Assembly (NCBI RefSeq): GCF_006345805.1
Contig: NC_043013.1
Location: forward strand, 7,502,001-7,566,000
From: Octopus sinensis
Lineage: Eukaryota
Direction of reading: 5' to 3'
DNA: 64,000 bases
In this document: positions 51,280 to 63,999 of the stretch, piece after piece
How positions within the stretch are numbered: the stretch's first letter is position 1
Layout: every line of letters begins with the position of its first letter
The notes under the pieces: model-generated
Seen by the model: the letters and a program-made list of their open reading frames with translations, nothing else
What the model was told of the DNA's origin: nothing
Databases searched by the model: none
Made by a program: the position numbers and the translations under genes

Positions 51280-51586
51280 TTTATTTATGCACCCTTTTCT
51301 AGCCAGGCTCATGGGTCCGGTTTCCCGGTTTCTGTGGTGTATGTGTTCCCCCGAGCTGAATGGGATGCCAATACATTGCAGTGTTACTCAAGAAACAGGA
51401 AGAAAGAGTGAGAGAAAGTTGGGGTAAAAGAGTACAACAGGGGTCGCCACCACCCTCTGCCAAAGCCTCATGGAGTTTTAGGTGTTTTTGCTCAATAAAC
51501 ACACACAACGCTCAGTCTGAGAATCGAAACCGCGATCCTCCGATTGCGAGTCCACTGCCCTAACCACTGGGCCATTGCGCCTCCAC
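51280..51586 (-). mobile_element. Second copy of the A/E chimeric SINE
   Basis: Same junction gtgttactc|aagaaacagg at 51389. Confidence 0.8.
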
Positions 51587-52504
51587 ATTATATATATATA
51601 TATGTAAATATCTGTGTGTGTGTCTTTGTGTCTGTGTTTGTCCCCCACCCCACCACTGCTTGACAACCACTCTTGTTGTGTTTAAGTCTCTGTAACTTAG
51701 TGGTTAGGCAAAAGAGACCAATAGAGTAAGTATTAGGCTTTAAAAAAAGTCCTGAGGTTGATTTGTTCAACTAAAACACTTCAAAGCAGTGCTCCAGAAT
51801 GGCCACAGTCAAATGACTGAGACAAATGAAAGAAAAGAATGACAGAATATCTGGAACACTGAATCTGCTGCTACTTACACACACATACACACAAATAAAC
51901 ACCAAATAATTCCCATAAAAGAAGACAAGTGACATTTGATTGACTGGTAAAATCCTCTCTCAACAACACTCTACAGCTATTAGCTGACAAAATAACAAAG
52001 AAGCCTCTACATGGTCGGTCATTATGCCAGAAATAGCGGCCAAATCTCCTTCAAATCACACCTCTACTGTCTTAGAAAAGAATACACTAGATAACGTGGT
52101 TCTGGTTTCTCAGTGCAGTCCAAAAAAATACTGGTTTGTCATAGCTGAAATGTACTTTGATAACGGGACTGCTTGATCAACACTGACTCAGGACCAAACG
52201 ACAACAACTGTTAGTTGACAAATGTACTGTGAATTGAATGTGTCTTCTAACTTAGCTACAATAGTTTTGACTTCCCTTAAGTTGCAACCTGCATAGCATC
52301 CACCTCCTTCCAAGCCCACCTTATATACCTGTCATTTTCTCCTCTCCTTCTCTTGTCAACCTTGTCTCATTCTTCAGATCCCTCACTAAACATTTTCACC
52401 AAACATTCTTTCCTTGTATTGCTATTCTCAGGCATTCCCTTTCCGCTGTATTTTTTTCTTGACTATATAGGCACAGGAGTGGCTGTGTGGTAAGTACCTT
52501 GCTT

Positions 52505-52734
52505 CTGTTTCCTTATTGCCCACAAGGGCCTAAACATAGAGGGGACAAACAAGGACAGACAAAGGGTTTAAGTCGATTATATCAACCCCAGTGCGTAATT
52601 GGTACTTATTTAATCGACCCTGAAAGGATGAAAGGCAAAGTCGACCTCGGCAGAATTTGAACTCAGAACATAACGGCAGACGAAATACCGCTCAGCATTT
52701 CGCCCGGCGTGCTAACGTTTCTGCCAGCTCACCG
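52505..52734 (-). mobile_element. SINE family C nested in a family B head
   Basis: Family C reverse complement interrupts B between 52466 and 52820; CCTTGCTT is repeated on both sides (TSD-like). Confidence 0.75.
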
Positions 52735-53659
52735 CCTTGCTTACCAACTACTTTGTTCCGGGTTCAGTTCCACTGCATGACACCTTGGGCAAGTGTCTTC
52801 TACTATAGCCTCTGGTCGAACTATGGCAGCAGTACTGAATATTAATAGTTATCACCAAGCTAACATTGCAGCCCAGAAAAATAGGACGAATGCTACCGTT
52901 GTTTGGCTCCAAGAGGCCATCGCCTCCAGCTAGCTATGTGACACACAAACCTGTGTCCATTATAACCTTTGAACAAGGGAGGTCAGCAGCTTCCCCTTGC
53001 TGGTTTGGCATCCACAGACTAGTTTCAAGGTGTTTGCCTCTTATCAATGTGGAGTAGCTGAATCCAGCAGGTGTTGCTGCTAACCAACTGTTTGAAGGAT
53101 TATTTACCTAAATTCAGTGGAATACATCCACTGATTTTCAAAAATAGAAATATCATTATTTCTAATTCTCTCTAAAGGAGACTACAGCAGCGGTACTGGA
53201 CATTAATAATTATCGCCAAGCTAACATGGCAGTCGAGATAAATAGGACAAATGCTGCCGTTGATTAGTTGGAGGCTGGTATGCATGGGTGGCTGCTAGCC
53301 TTCCACAAACAATCTTGCCCTGACTTGTGCCTCAGAGGGTAACTTTCTAGGTGCAATCCCATGGTCATTCATGATTGAAGGGAGTCTCCTCCAATATTTA
53401 ATCATAAAAAGGGCAGCAAGCTATCAAAATCATTAGCACGCCGAGCAAAATGCTTAGCGGTATTTTGTTTGCCATTACATTCTGAGTTCAAACTCCGCCA
53501 AGGTCGACTTTGCCTTTCATCCTTTCGGAGTTGATTAAATAAGTACCAGTTACACACCAGAGGTTGATGTAATCGACCTAATGCCTTTGTCTCCCCTTGT
53601 TTGTCCCCTCTATGTTTGCTCCTCCCCCACCAGTGGGCAATAAAGAAATAAATGCCCTC

Positions 53660-53730
53660 GGGCATATGGCGTAGTGGTTAAGAGTGCGGGCTACTAACCC
53701 CAAAATTCCAAGTTCGATTCCAGGCAATGA

Positions 53731-53787
<57 letters not shown>

Positions 53788-53960
53788 CAACAACAACAAC
53801 AACATCGGAAAATACCTTAGGAATGAGAACCCAGGTTCAAAATTTCCCCAAGACACCTGAAGATGGCTGGAGAGTATATCAGCCGAAACATTGTGTTAAC
53901 AACAAACAAGATGAGGACAAATATCCGTCAATTGTAAATAATGTAAATAATGTAAATATT
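53660..53960 (+). mobile_element. tRNA-derived SINE-like element with (AAT)n/(AAC)n spacer and hammerhead-bearing tail
   Basis: A box TGGCGTAGTGG 53667-53677, B box GTTCGATTCC 53712-53721, microsatellite 53735-53805, hammerhead-like 53852-53897, (TGTAAATAA)n end. Confidence 0.65.
53852..53897 (+). ncRNA. Minimal type I hammerhead, stem III mutated
   Basis: Stem I GACAC/GTGTT; core CTGAAGA + extra T; stem II GGCTG/CAGCC; GAA; ACAT (ACGT expected, consistent with CpG decay); T at the cleavage position. Confidence 0.6.
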
Positions 53961-54628
53961 TAATTATAAAAATATAACAAGATATTTTAAACATTAAATG
54001 GCTATGGGAGTCCAGTAGAGTAAGATAGGAATTAAAGGGATCCATGGGCAAAAAAATGGTTGAGAACCACAGCTCTAAGTGGTCAATTGATTTGCTAGAA
54101 ATAGCAAATTTTTCTCAAATCACAACCTACCATCTTGAAAAAAAAAAAAAAGGAAGGTTGCATCGGATAATGATGTTCTGGTTGACAATCAATGTTGCTG
54201 TGTTTACATCCCTGTGACGCAGCAGTTCGGCAAAAGAGACCAATAGAATAAGTACCAGGTTTTAAAATGAGGGTTAGGGTTGATTAGACCAATTAAAAAT
54301 TCCTCAATGTGGTGCCCCAGCATGGCCGCAGTCTAATGAGTGAAACAAATAACAAAAAAAAGAAGAAAAAAAGAAGGAAGAAATAAAAGACAGAATGGCC
54401 GTGGATAAAATGTCTTCAATCATAAGACTTCTGGATCTGGGATGACAACAACAGTAACAGCAATCGTATTTGTCCCATTGGTGTAAATGGCTTGTAAATG
54501 CCATGGTCATTGCTATTTTTTCTTCAGACTAATTTATCAAATTTTCTCTGCTCTCACCTGTTCTGTTAGACCAGTATGGATACAGAGAGATAGCAAGGGA
54601 ACAGACAGACATACAATAAGAGAGGGAG

Positions 54629-54660
<32 letters not shown>

Positions 54661-55815
54661 AATGAGAAATAAAGAGAAAGAAAAAGAATGAGAAATAAAA
54701 AGAGAGAGAAAGTGTGAGAAAGAAAGTGAATGAGATCAGGTGAGAAAATGAGATCAGGTGAGAGAGAGAGAGATAGATAGAGAGAGAATGAGAAATAAAG
54801 AGAGAGAGAGAGAGAGATAGAGAATGAGAAATAAAGAGAGAAAGCAGGATAGAGAGGAAGAGAGAGAAAGTGTGAGAAAGAGAGAGAATGAGAGAGAGAG
54901 AAATAGATAGACAGAGAGAGAGAGAGATAAATAGAGACAGAGAGAGAGCAGGAAAGAGAGACAGAGATGGAGAGAGCAAGAGAAAGAGAGAGAGTGAGAA
55001 GGAGAATGAACGAGATCTGGAGAGAGAGAGGGAGAGTGGGAAAGAGAGAGACAAGATGGAGAGAGCAAGAGAGAAGGACAAAAGAGATTGAGAGAGCAGG
55101 AGACAAATGAGACAAGAAGAAAAGAGAGAGAGGGAAGCATTAAACAGAGAAGACAGAGAGAGAGAGAAAATACAATGATGAGACAAGGGAAAAGATAGAG
55201 GGGGAAGAGAGAGAGAGGGAGAGAGAGAAAAACAGACAGAAAGAAAGAGACAATAACAACAAAGAGAGAGACAGACAGACAGACAGACGGAAAGGGACAG
55301 TAACAAGAGAGGGAGAGAAAGAGGAAACAAGAACAACACAGAGCAAAAGAGACAATGACAGGAAAGAGAGAGAAATGGAAAGAAATAGAGAGAGAAAGAG
55401 AGAGTGAATGAGAGGTAAGAGAGAGATAAATCTTTATAAGTTAACTTATTTTCTTAAGATGTTCCTTGAGTTGTTCTCAAGAAAATCCCTCTAATTCTTT
55501 CCTCCTTATTAATTAGCATCACCACTAATTATAAACTCCTGATTACCACTGCATTCCATGTCCCACTTCCTTTACGATCATCATTATAATTTCATTTGAG
55601 GTGAAGCCTAATGAGAGACGTAACGGGCATCATATGTCAAGAAGCTACAATTAATGCTGTGAAACATTTCACAAAAGGACAAGTGGCATTGTTGATGGAT
55701 GTTGGTCAGCTGATGTCAGATCTTTGCAGTGCCAGACACTAAGAAACCAGCTGCTATTACCCTTTTTTTTGTTGTTGTTGTTTTTACAATCTTATTTATT
55801 TATTTGTTGTTGTTG

Positions 55816-55879
<64 letters not shown>

Positions 55880-56212
55880 CATTATTATTATTATTATTAT
55901 TGTCATAGTTGTTGTTGCTTTGTTAAACTGTTCATGTAAAACAATTGTAAAAGAAAAAGACATGAGACAGCAATATATGAAATACCATAAATCAAAAAAA
56001 TTAGCTTTATGTATATATATATATATATGTATGTATGTATGTATATATATATATATATATATAATAATAATAATATTAGGGAATAAATCCAAACTTACAG
56101 GGAAAAATTAGATTTAGGATTAAATCCAATTTTATAGTATAAATATATGTATTGGCTTATGTTTTTCACTGTTTGATTTGCCTAATAGTGGTTTTATCTC
56201 TAATTTAATATA

Positions 56213-58652
56213 TCATCATCATCATCATCATCATCATTTAACGTCCGCTTTCCATGCTAGCATGGGTTGGACGGTTCAACTGGGGTCTGGGGAGCCCGAA
56301 AGCTGCACCAGTCCAGTCAGATCTGGCAGTGTTTCTATAGCTGGATGCCCTTCCTAACGCCAACCACTCCGAGAGTGTAGTGGGTGATTTTATGTGCCAC
56401 CGACACAGGTGCCAGACGAGGCTGGCAAACGGCCACGCTCGGATGGTGTTTTTTATGTGCCACCGACACAGGTGCCAGACGAGGCTGGCAGACGGCCACG
56501 CTCGGATGGTGTTTTTTATGTGCCACCGACACAGGTGCCAGATGAGGCTGGCAAACGGCCACGATCGGATGGTGCTTGTTACGTGCCCACAGCACGGAGG
56601 CCAGTCGATGCGGTACTGGCTACGGCCACGTTCGGATGGTTTTCTTGTGTGCCACGTGCCACTGGCACTGGTACCACAAAGATACAAATTCCATTGATGT
56701 TCATCTATTTTGATTTGTTTTGATTTTCACTTGCCTCAACAGGTCTTCACAAGTGTCACAAGAAGGAAGGTATGCACAGGTGGACTGACTACGTCCCAGG
56801 TAGGGGCCATGGGTTATGGCCTGACTAGTCTTGCCGGGTCTTCGGATGGTTTTTTATGTGCCACCGACACAGGTGCTAGATGAGGCTGGCGAACGGCCAC
56901 GATCGGATGGTGTTTGTCATGTGCCCACCGCACTGACTACAGCACTGATGGATTTCTTGTGTGCCACAGGCACTGGTACCACAAGATACAAATTCATTGA
57001 TGTTCATCTATTTTGTCTATTTTGATTTGATTGATTTGATTTTCACTTGCCTCCAACGGTCTTCACAAGTGTCCAAGAAGGAAGGTATGCACAGGTGGAC
57101 TGACTAGTCTTGCCGGGTCTTCGGAAGGTGTTTTTATGTGCCCACCGGACACAGGTGCCAGATGAGGCTGGCGAACGGCCATGATCGGATGGTGTTTGTT
57201 ACGTGCCCACAGCACGGAGGCCGGTCGATGCGGAACTGGCTACAGCCACGTTCGGATGGTTTTCTTGTGTGCCACCGGCACTGGTACCACAAAGATACAG
57301 ATTCCATTGATGTTCATCTATTTTGATTTGTTTTGATTTTGATTTTGATTTTCACTTGCCTCAACAGGTCTTCACAAGTGTCACAAGAAGGAAGGTATGC
57401 ACAGGTGGACTGACTACGTCCCAGGTAGGGGCCATGGGTTATGGCCTGACTAGTCTTGCCGGGTCTTCGGATGGTGTTTTTATGTGCCACCGACACAGGT
57501 GCCAGATGAGGCTGGCGAACAGCCACGATCGGATGGTGTTTGTCATGTGCCCACAGCACGGAGGCCAGTCGATGCGGTACTGGCTACGGCCACTTTCGAA
57601 TGGTTTTCTCTTGTGTGCCACCAGCACTGGTACCACAAAGATACAAATTCCATTGATGTTCATCTATTTTGATTTGTTTTGATTTTGATTTTGATTTTGA
57701 TTTTCACTTGCCTCACAGCCTCACAAGTATCACAAGGAGGAAGTATGCACAGGTGGACTGACTACATCCCAGGTAGGGGCCATGGTTTATGGCCTGACTA
57801 GTCTTGCCGGGTCTTCGGATGGTGTTTTTATGTGCCACCGACACAGGTGCTAGATGAGGCTGGCGAACGGCCACGACCGGATGGTGTTTGTTATGTGGCC
57901 ACAGCACGATGGCCAGTGATGCGGTACTGACTACGGCCACGTTCGGATGGATTCTTGTGTGCCACCAGCACTGGTACCACAAGCGGTACTGACTACGGCC
58001 ACGTTCGGATGGATTCTTGTGTGCCACCGGCACTGGTACCACAAAGATACAAATTCCATTGATGTTCATCTATTTTGATTTGTTTTGATTTTCACTTGCC
58101 TCAACAGGTCTTCACAAGTGTCGCAAGAAGGAAGGTATGTACAGGTGGACTGACTACGTCCCAGGTAGGGCCCACGGGTTATGACCTGACTAGTCTTGCC
58201 AGGTCTTTGGATGGTGTTTTTATGTGCCACCATGTTCCCATAGCACGGAGGCGAGTCGATGCGGTACTGGCTACGGCCACGTTCGGATGGTTTTCTTGTG
58301 TGCCACAGGCACTGGTACCACAAAGATACAAATTCCATTGATGTTCATCTATTTTGATTGATTTTCACTTGCCTCAGCAGGTCTTCACAAGTGTCACAAG
58401 AAGGAAGGTATGCACAGGTGGATCAACTACGTCCCAGGTAGGGGCCACGGGATATGGCCTGACTAGTCCTGCCGGGTCCTCTCATGCACAGCACACTTCC
58501 ATAGGACTCGGTCTTCAGTCATTTCCTTGGTGAGACCTAAAGTTCGAAGGTCGTGCTTCACCACCTCGTCCCAGGTTTTCCTGGGTCTACCTCTTCCACA
58601 GGTTCCCTCAACTGCTAGGGTGTAGCACTTTTGCACACAACTATCTTCAGCC
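56213..58652 (-). mobile_element. 5'-truncated RTE-clade LINE with tandemly expanded 3' UTR
   Basis: 58652-58463 encodes ...VEGTCGRGRPRKTWDEVVKHDL...MTEDRVLW (RTE ORF C-terminus pattern); six UTR units; terminal ggcgttaggaagggcatccag...gcatggaaagcggacgttaaa(tga)n. Confidence 0.85.
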
Positions 58653-58724
<72 letters not shown>

Positions 58725-59413
58725 AGGCAGTACTGGCAAATTCGAGCAAGGTCGTTGCCAGTACCGCCTGACTGGCCCCCGTGCCGGTGGCACGTAAAAG
58801 CATCCACTACACTCTCGGAGTGGTTGGCGTTAGGAAGGGCATCCAGCTGTAGAAACTCTGCCAGATCAAGACTGGAGCTTGGTGCAGCCATCTGGTTCGC
58901 CAGCCCACAGTCAAACTGTCCAACCCATGCTAGCATGGAAAGCGGACGTTAAACGACGACGATGATGATGATGATATATACATATATTAGGTTGTCAAGA
59001 AAGTTCTTGCGGAATTTTAAATTTTGGTTTTAAATTATGTATTTTCAAATTAATTTTCATTTGATTTTATATATCATTTTAAAGCCCATTTTTCGCTCTA
59101 TCTCAAGGTGTTACTCTTTTTCTTTTTGAATAATTAGGCCATTTGGTGGTCTGTGGCCAGTTTCATCCATCAAACAAAAATCCTCAATTTAATAATACTA
59201 TTTACAAACTTTATGCTTGGAATGACCAATTTTAAATACTGTTGGAACTTACACACAAGGTGCAGGAAACTTATAAGTATACTATTCTGCTAAAATAATA
59301 GAACTGCAGATGCAATATCCCTGCATATCTCACGTCTATTTTCATTCCTTCACTTCATTCTCTCTTTCATACCTTATCTAGAATAATTATTGCTTAACCA
59401 TTTTATCACACCA

Positions 59414-59459
59414 TCTCTGATGAAGGGATATATAAAATATCCCGGAAACAGCTGTAAGA
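59414..59459 (+). ncRNA. Minimal type I hammerhead at the end of a probable Penelope-like fragment
   Basis: Stem I TCT/AGA; core CTGATGA 59417-59423; stem II GGGATAT/ATATCCC closed by an A.G mismatch; GAA; palindrome ACAGCTGT; GTA triplet. Confidence 0.68.
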
Positions 59460-59673
59460 CCTTCTCTTTATAAATGTTCTGAAATCTTTCACAGCCTTCG
59501 ATTTTTATCTCACTCTGTTAATTTTTTATATATATGCATGCTAATATATGACCTATGTTGGACTCCTCATTCGCATAATCACCAAACCTGGTGCTTAACT
59601 ATAGTCTGTCAATAGCACTTACTCAGCATTACCTGACATGTTTGAGTCTTCTTGACATCATTACCTCTCATAA

Positions 59674-59712
<39 letters not shown>

Positions 59713-59719
59713 ATATATG

Positions 59720-60603
59720 CAGGGTGCAATGGGTAGTGTCGCCATTTTATATTCTTAATTTCATGCATACGCATTGTTTGTTTTGATGTAGTTGACTACA
59801 CAGTATAGTAGGGTCAGTTGGGCACCATCAGTGAGAAAACAGCATCATGACACAATTCAATCTGCCAGAAATTTGGAAATTGCATGCTGCACTGCTCGGC
59901 ATTTGTGCTAGAAGCTCCAATACAAAGATTTCAGAGTGTTTGGGTGTCAATATAAGGACAATGCAATCTGAGGACATATACCGAGAGTGATAGAAATCAA
60001 ACATCTAGTCAACATCATGGTGTTTGGAGTGATCACTAGTGATGGTGGCTTTATGCCTCCATTCATCTCCCCACACGGCCTCAGACTCAACACAGAGGCC
60101 TACATCAAGTGCCTGGATGAAGTACTACTGGCCTGGGTCAAGAGGGTGGCTGTTGGAAGACCCTATGCCTGGCAACAGGACTCTGTACCATGCCACACAT
60201 CCAGGAGATCCCAGTCATGGCAGTCAGACAATTAATTTCTGTGATCACATCACCCCTAACATCTGGCCACCTAACTCCCAGACTGCAACCCCCTTGATTA
60301 ATGTGTAGGGCACAGTTGAGCGAGAGACCAACAAAACTCCTTGTAACACCAAAGATGAACTGAAGGCAAGGATTATGGCAGCATTCACCAACTTAAACAA
60401 GGAGACCATCCAGAAGAGTTGCAGGAGATTCCGAGGTTGTCTGGAGGCGGTGGTTGAAGCCAATGGCGATATTATTTAATAAATTTACTCTTCAGTATAC
60501 CAAGATATTTTTATATAATTTTAGTAAATATATCTGTTAAAATGAGATGTCAGTGTTATTTTCATTTTTACATAATTTAGACAACAGTATATTCACCGCA
60601 CCC

Positions 60604-60605
<2 letters not shown>
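59720..60605 (+). mobile_element. Internally deleted Tc1-like element
   Basis: CAGGGTGC / GCACCCT TIRs; VFGVITSDG, YIKCL, WQQDSVPCH, WPPNSPD-like motifs with frameshifts. Confidence 0.82.
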
Positions 60606-60667
<62 letters not shown>

Positions 60668-60710
60668 TGAAAGAATGGAGTCGAACGACGATTTAACAAA
60701 ATTCCTTTAT

Positions 60711-60791
60711 TCTCGACATATGTTTCGAAGACTGCATATTCTTAATTCCGAAGGAATAAAGGGTGCATTATGCTGCCTTCTCATCAGGAAA
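60711..60791 (-). ncRNA. Type I hammerhead ribozyme, canonical core
   Basis: Minus strand: stem I TTTC/GAGA; core CTGATGA; 12-nt stem II GAAGGCAGCATA/TATGCAGTCTTC (1 mismatch, 1 GU); GAA; palindrome ACATATGT; GTC triplet. Confidence 0.82.
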
Positions 60792-61545
60792 GACAAGGAA
60801 CTTATGTCAGCATCATGATGAACATGTAGCTTCTACCGTGCTTCCTGACGTAAATTTGCTACCCGGGTATCGGTTAACCGAATTATCCATACTAGGATAA
60901 TTCATTCAACTACTTAAACATTATATATATATATATATATCTGTTTGTTCCACCCACATGCCCAGTCTCACTGCATCATTGATATCTGCTAGCCCCTGAT
61001 CTGTGTGTTCCGGCCACACGTAACAAGAAAACTGTTCCCACACCCTAATCCAACAAACCAATTCTCCTCCTCATATTCCCTCTTTCATATACTATGCCTA
61101 ACTCTCACTCCCCAATCTTGTCCCCACAGCCCTGTTCCTCTGCATGATTGCTATCCAGTAGCTCCCACTGACTCTGTATAGACCCAGGCTTTCAGCACTC
61201 ACTCACCCCACCCATCCACACTCTTTATTCATACTTCCTTCACAATATCCTGCCACTTATATTTTGGCATTCAAACTTCGAGGGTTTGCCCTGTCACTTG
61301 CCCCCATTTATATCTCTCTCTTCCTTTACTCAACCATCCTGTTTATATTCTGGTCCCTGACCCTTCTGAGTATGCCCAGCACTTCACTACCATCTCAATC
61401 CTGCTGTCTCCCACCCTTTCTCTCTTCGCCTGCACTTCCCTCAGGTTGGGTAATTATGTATTTCCTTTGCAGCAGTGCACCTGTTTCTGTCTTCATTCAT
61501 GATCTCTCTCTCTCTCTCTGGCCAGGTAACCTTTTACCTCCTCTA

Positions 61546-61600
61546 CAGTAAGACAGCTGTTTCTATCATTATATCTCACTATAACCTTTCATCATCCAAC
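61546..61600 (-). ncRNA. Degenerate hammerhead remnant
   Basis: Minus strand ATGATGA...TTATA/TATAA...GAAACAGCTGTC; core C3 is mutated and stem I unpaired; same stem III palindrome as 59448. Confidence 0.35.
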
Positions 61601-61973
61601 TCAAGATCCCCTCCTCCAATGCCCCCTCACCTCTCATAAGAGTTTTTTTTTTTGTCTTCATGACCCTGTCAGTAGGTGCCACTTAAGTAGGTGCCACGTA
61701 AAAGCACCCAGTCCACACTGTAAAGCGGTTGGTGTTCAGAAAGGCATCCAGCTATAAAAAACCTTGTCAAAATGGCCTCACCTGTACTTGTGCCATGTAA
61801 AAAGCACTAAGTCCACCCTGCTGAGTGGTTGGTGCTAGGAAGGGCATCTAGCTGTAAAAATCCTGCCAAAACAGTTACAGAAGAGTGTTGCTGGCTTCTG
61901 CCTGGCCAGCTCTTGTCAAACCATCCCACCCATGCCAGCATGGAAGGCAGACATTAACCGATGTTGATGATGA

Positions 61974-62060
<87 letters not shown>

Positions 62061-62067
62061 TATATAT

Positions 62068-62142
<75 letters not shown>

Positions 62143-62835
62143 AGGAGAGACCTAATATACTTATACATGCAAACACACACACACACACATATATATACAC
62201 ATACACATGTACATATAGACACACATACATATATATATATGTATGTATATATATGTGTGTATGCATAAATATATATATCTATATATACACACACACGTGT
62301 GCACACATACACACACACACATTCATGCACACATATACTACACACAAATTTATGAGTAACTGACTGGAAGACAAAGAAATTTAAATACACAGCTGGAGGA
62401 CCACTTATCTATATGTCCTACGCTGGTTAATTAATAGTTCCAATTAGATGCATAACATACACTGCTATACCTTTACACATACAATAGCATACACACATAC
62501 ACACACACACACACACACATGTGCACAGATGTTTGTGTGTATGCATATGTGTGTATATGTCTATGTGTATGAGTGTGCGAGTGAGCTTGCGTGTGCCTCC
62601 ACTGAGTATGTGTGTATATGTGTGTGTGTCTGTGTGTGTGTCTGTGTGTGAGTGTGTGAGTGAGATTGTGTGTGTCTCCACTGATTTACAATATTGATGT
62701 ACCATACATACATCAATTTTACAAACTACACACACATACACACACAAACATATATACAGACACACACAAATGTGTGTGCGTATATATATATATATATATA
62801 TATTTCTGTGTGTGAGTGTTTGCCTGTATATTTAT

Positions 62836-62935
<100 letters not shown>

Positions 62936-63658
62936 TATGTATGTATGCACATGTGTATAAGTGTGTGAGTATGTATGTATATGAATGAATGTATGTGTGT
63001 GTGTGAGTGTGTGAGTGTGTGTGTGTATGTGTGTGTACACGCGTGCATGTGATGTAGACATAGATATATATGCTTTTCTGTGTAAACATACATTTTAAAG
63101 CTAAGATTAACATATTTTTCTTATTACAAATATCTAAAAACATAGCCACACATATTATATACACACGTAGGTCAATGTAGTTATTGCTACACTCAGCTAT
63201 TGATGAATACAAGCATTTATTTAAAAACTTTAAAATTCAACAATTGTTAACAAAAAGAAAAGTACCTGTGTATATATATATATACACACCCAAAAGCCAA
63301 GACCCAGTTCTCTTTCGATATTTCAACTACAACTTCATATAAACATGATGATCATTGTGGAATTATACATACATGTCTAATTATACATACATATGCATGT
63401 AAAACTATTATGCATATTCATACACATAAGGAGAAAGGCTATTTAAATATTTAAACACTAAGACCAGCTGTTAGTTTTCTAACCTACACCACTGAATTAT
63501 CTGCTCTTGGTATACTAGCAGACACAATAGATTATTTTTACTTTTTTTTACTTTTTATAGAATTTTTTTTTTTGGTGGGTTTTATTTTATAAATTTATAT
63601 ATTTATTTATTATTTTTATTGTTGGTTAATTGAGGTCTTTTTTATTTTCGTGTTTCAG

Positions 63659-63691
63659 GTCGGAGCTAAAAGAGGAGGACAAACTTAGAAG
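63659..63691 (+). other. Candidate 33-nt symmetric micro-exon (SELKEEDKLR)
   Basis: tttttattttcgtgtttcag acceptor, AAG|GTAGAT donor, open in the phase-2 frame; no partner exon found. Confidence 0.28.
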
Positions 63692-63963
63692 GTAGATTAA
63701 ATATATATATTCAGTGGGAAAAAAAGTTTAATGACGTTGTTAGTCTCAACTGCGATAAAATATCATTCAAAGAACTGAATGGTTAATAGATTGTGTTAGT
63801 GTAGAACACTTTTGCTGTTGCTATTGTTGTTGCTGCTGCTGCTGATGATGATGTTAATGTTTTGGTGAGATATGCCTATATTTTGTTTGTTTTGTTAGTT
63901 TGGATTTATTTTAAAAGTTTGAAAGTAGAACAGAAACAAACTCACTAAAAACACCAAAAAAAA

Positions 63964-63999
<36 letters not shown>

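Noticed and set aside
53660-53732. Functional tRNA gene
   Set aside because: Acceptor and T stems pair poorly, the ACT anticodon is atypical, and there is no oligo-T terminator; treated as a SINE head, as are the other tRNA-like heads.
56681-58490. Repeat-spacer-like appearance suggesting a CRISPR array
   Set aside because: Units are whole tandem copies with no unique spacers, there are no cas genes, and they belong to a eukaryotic RTE 3' UTR.
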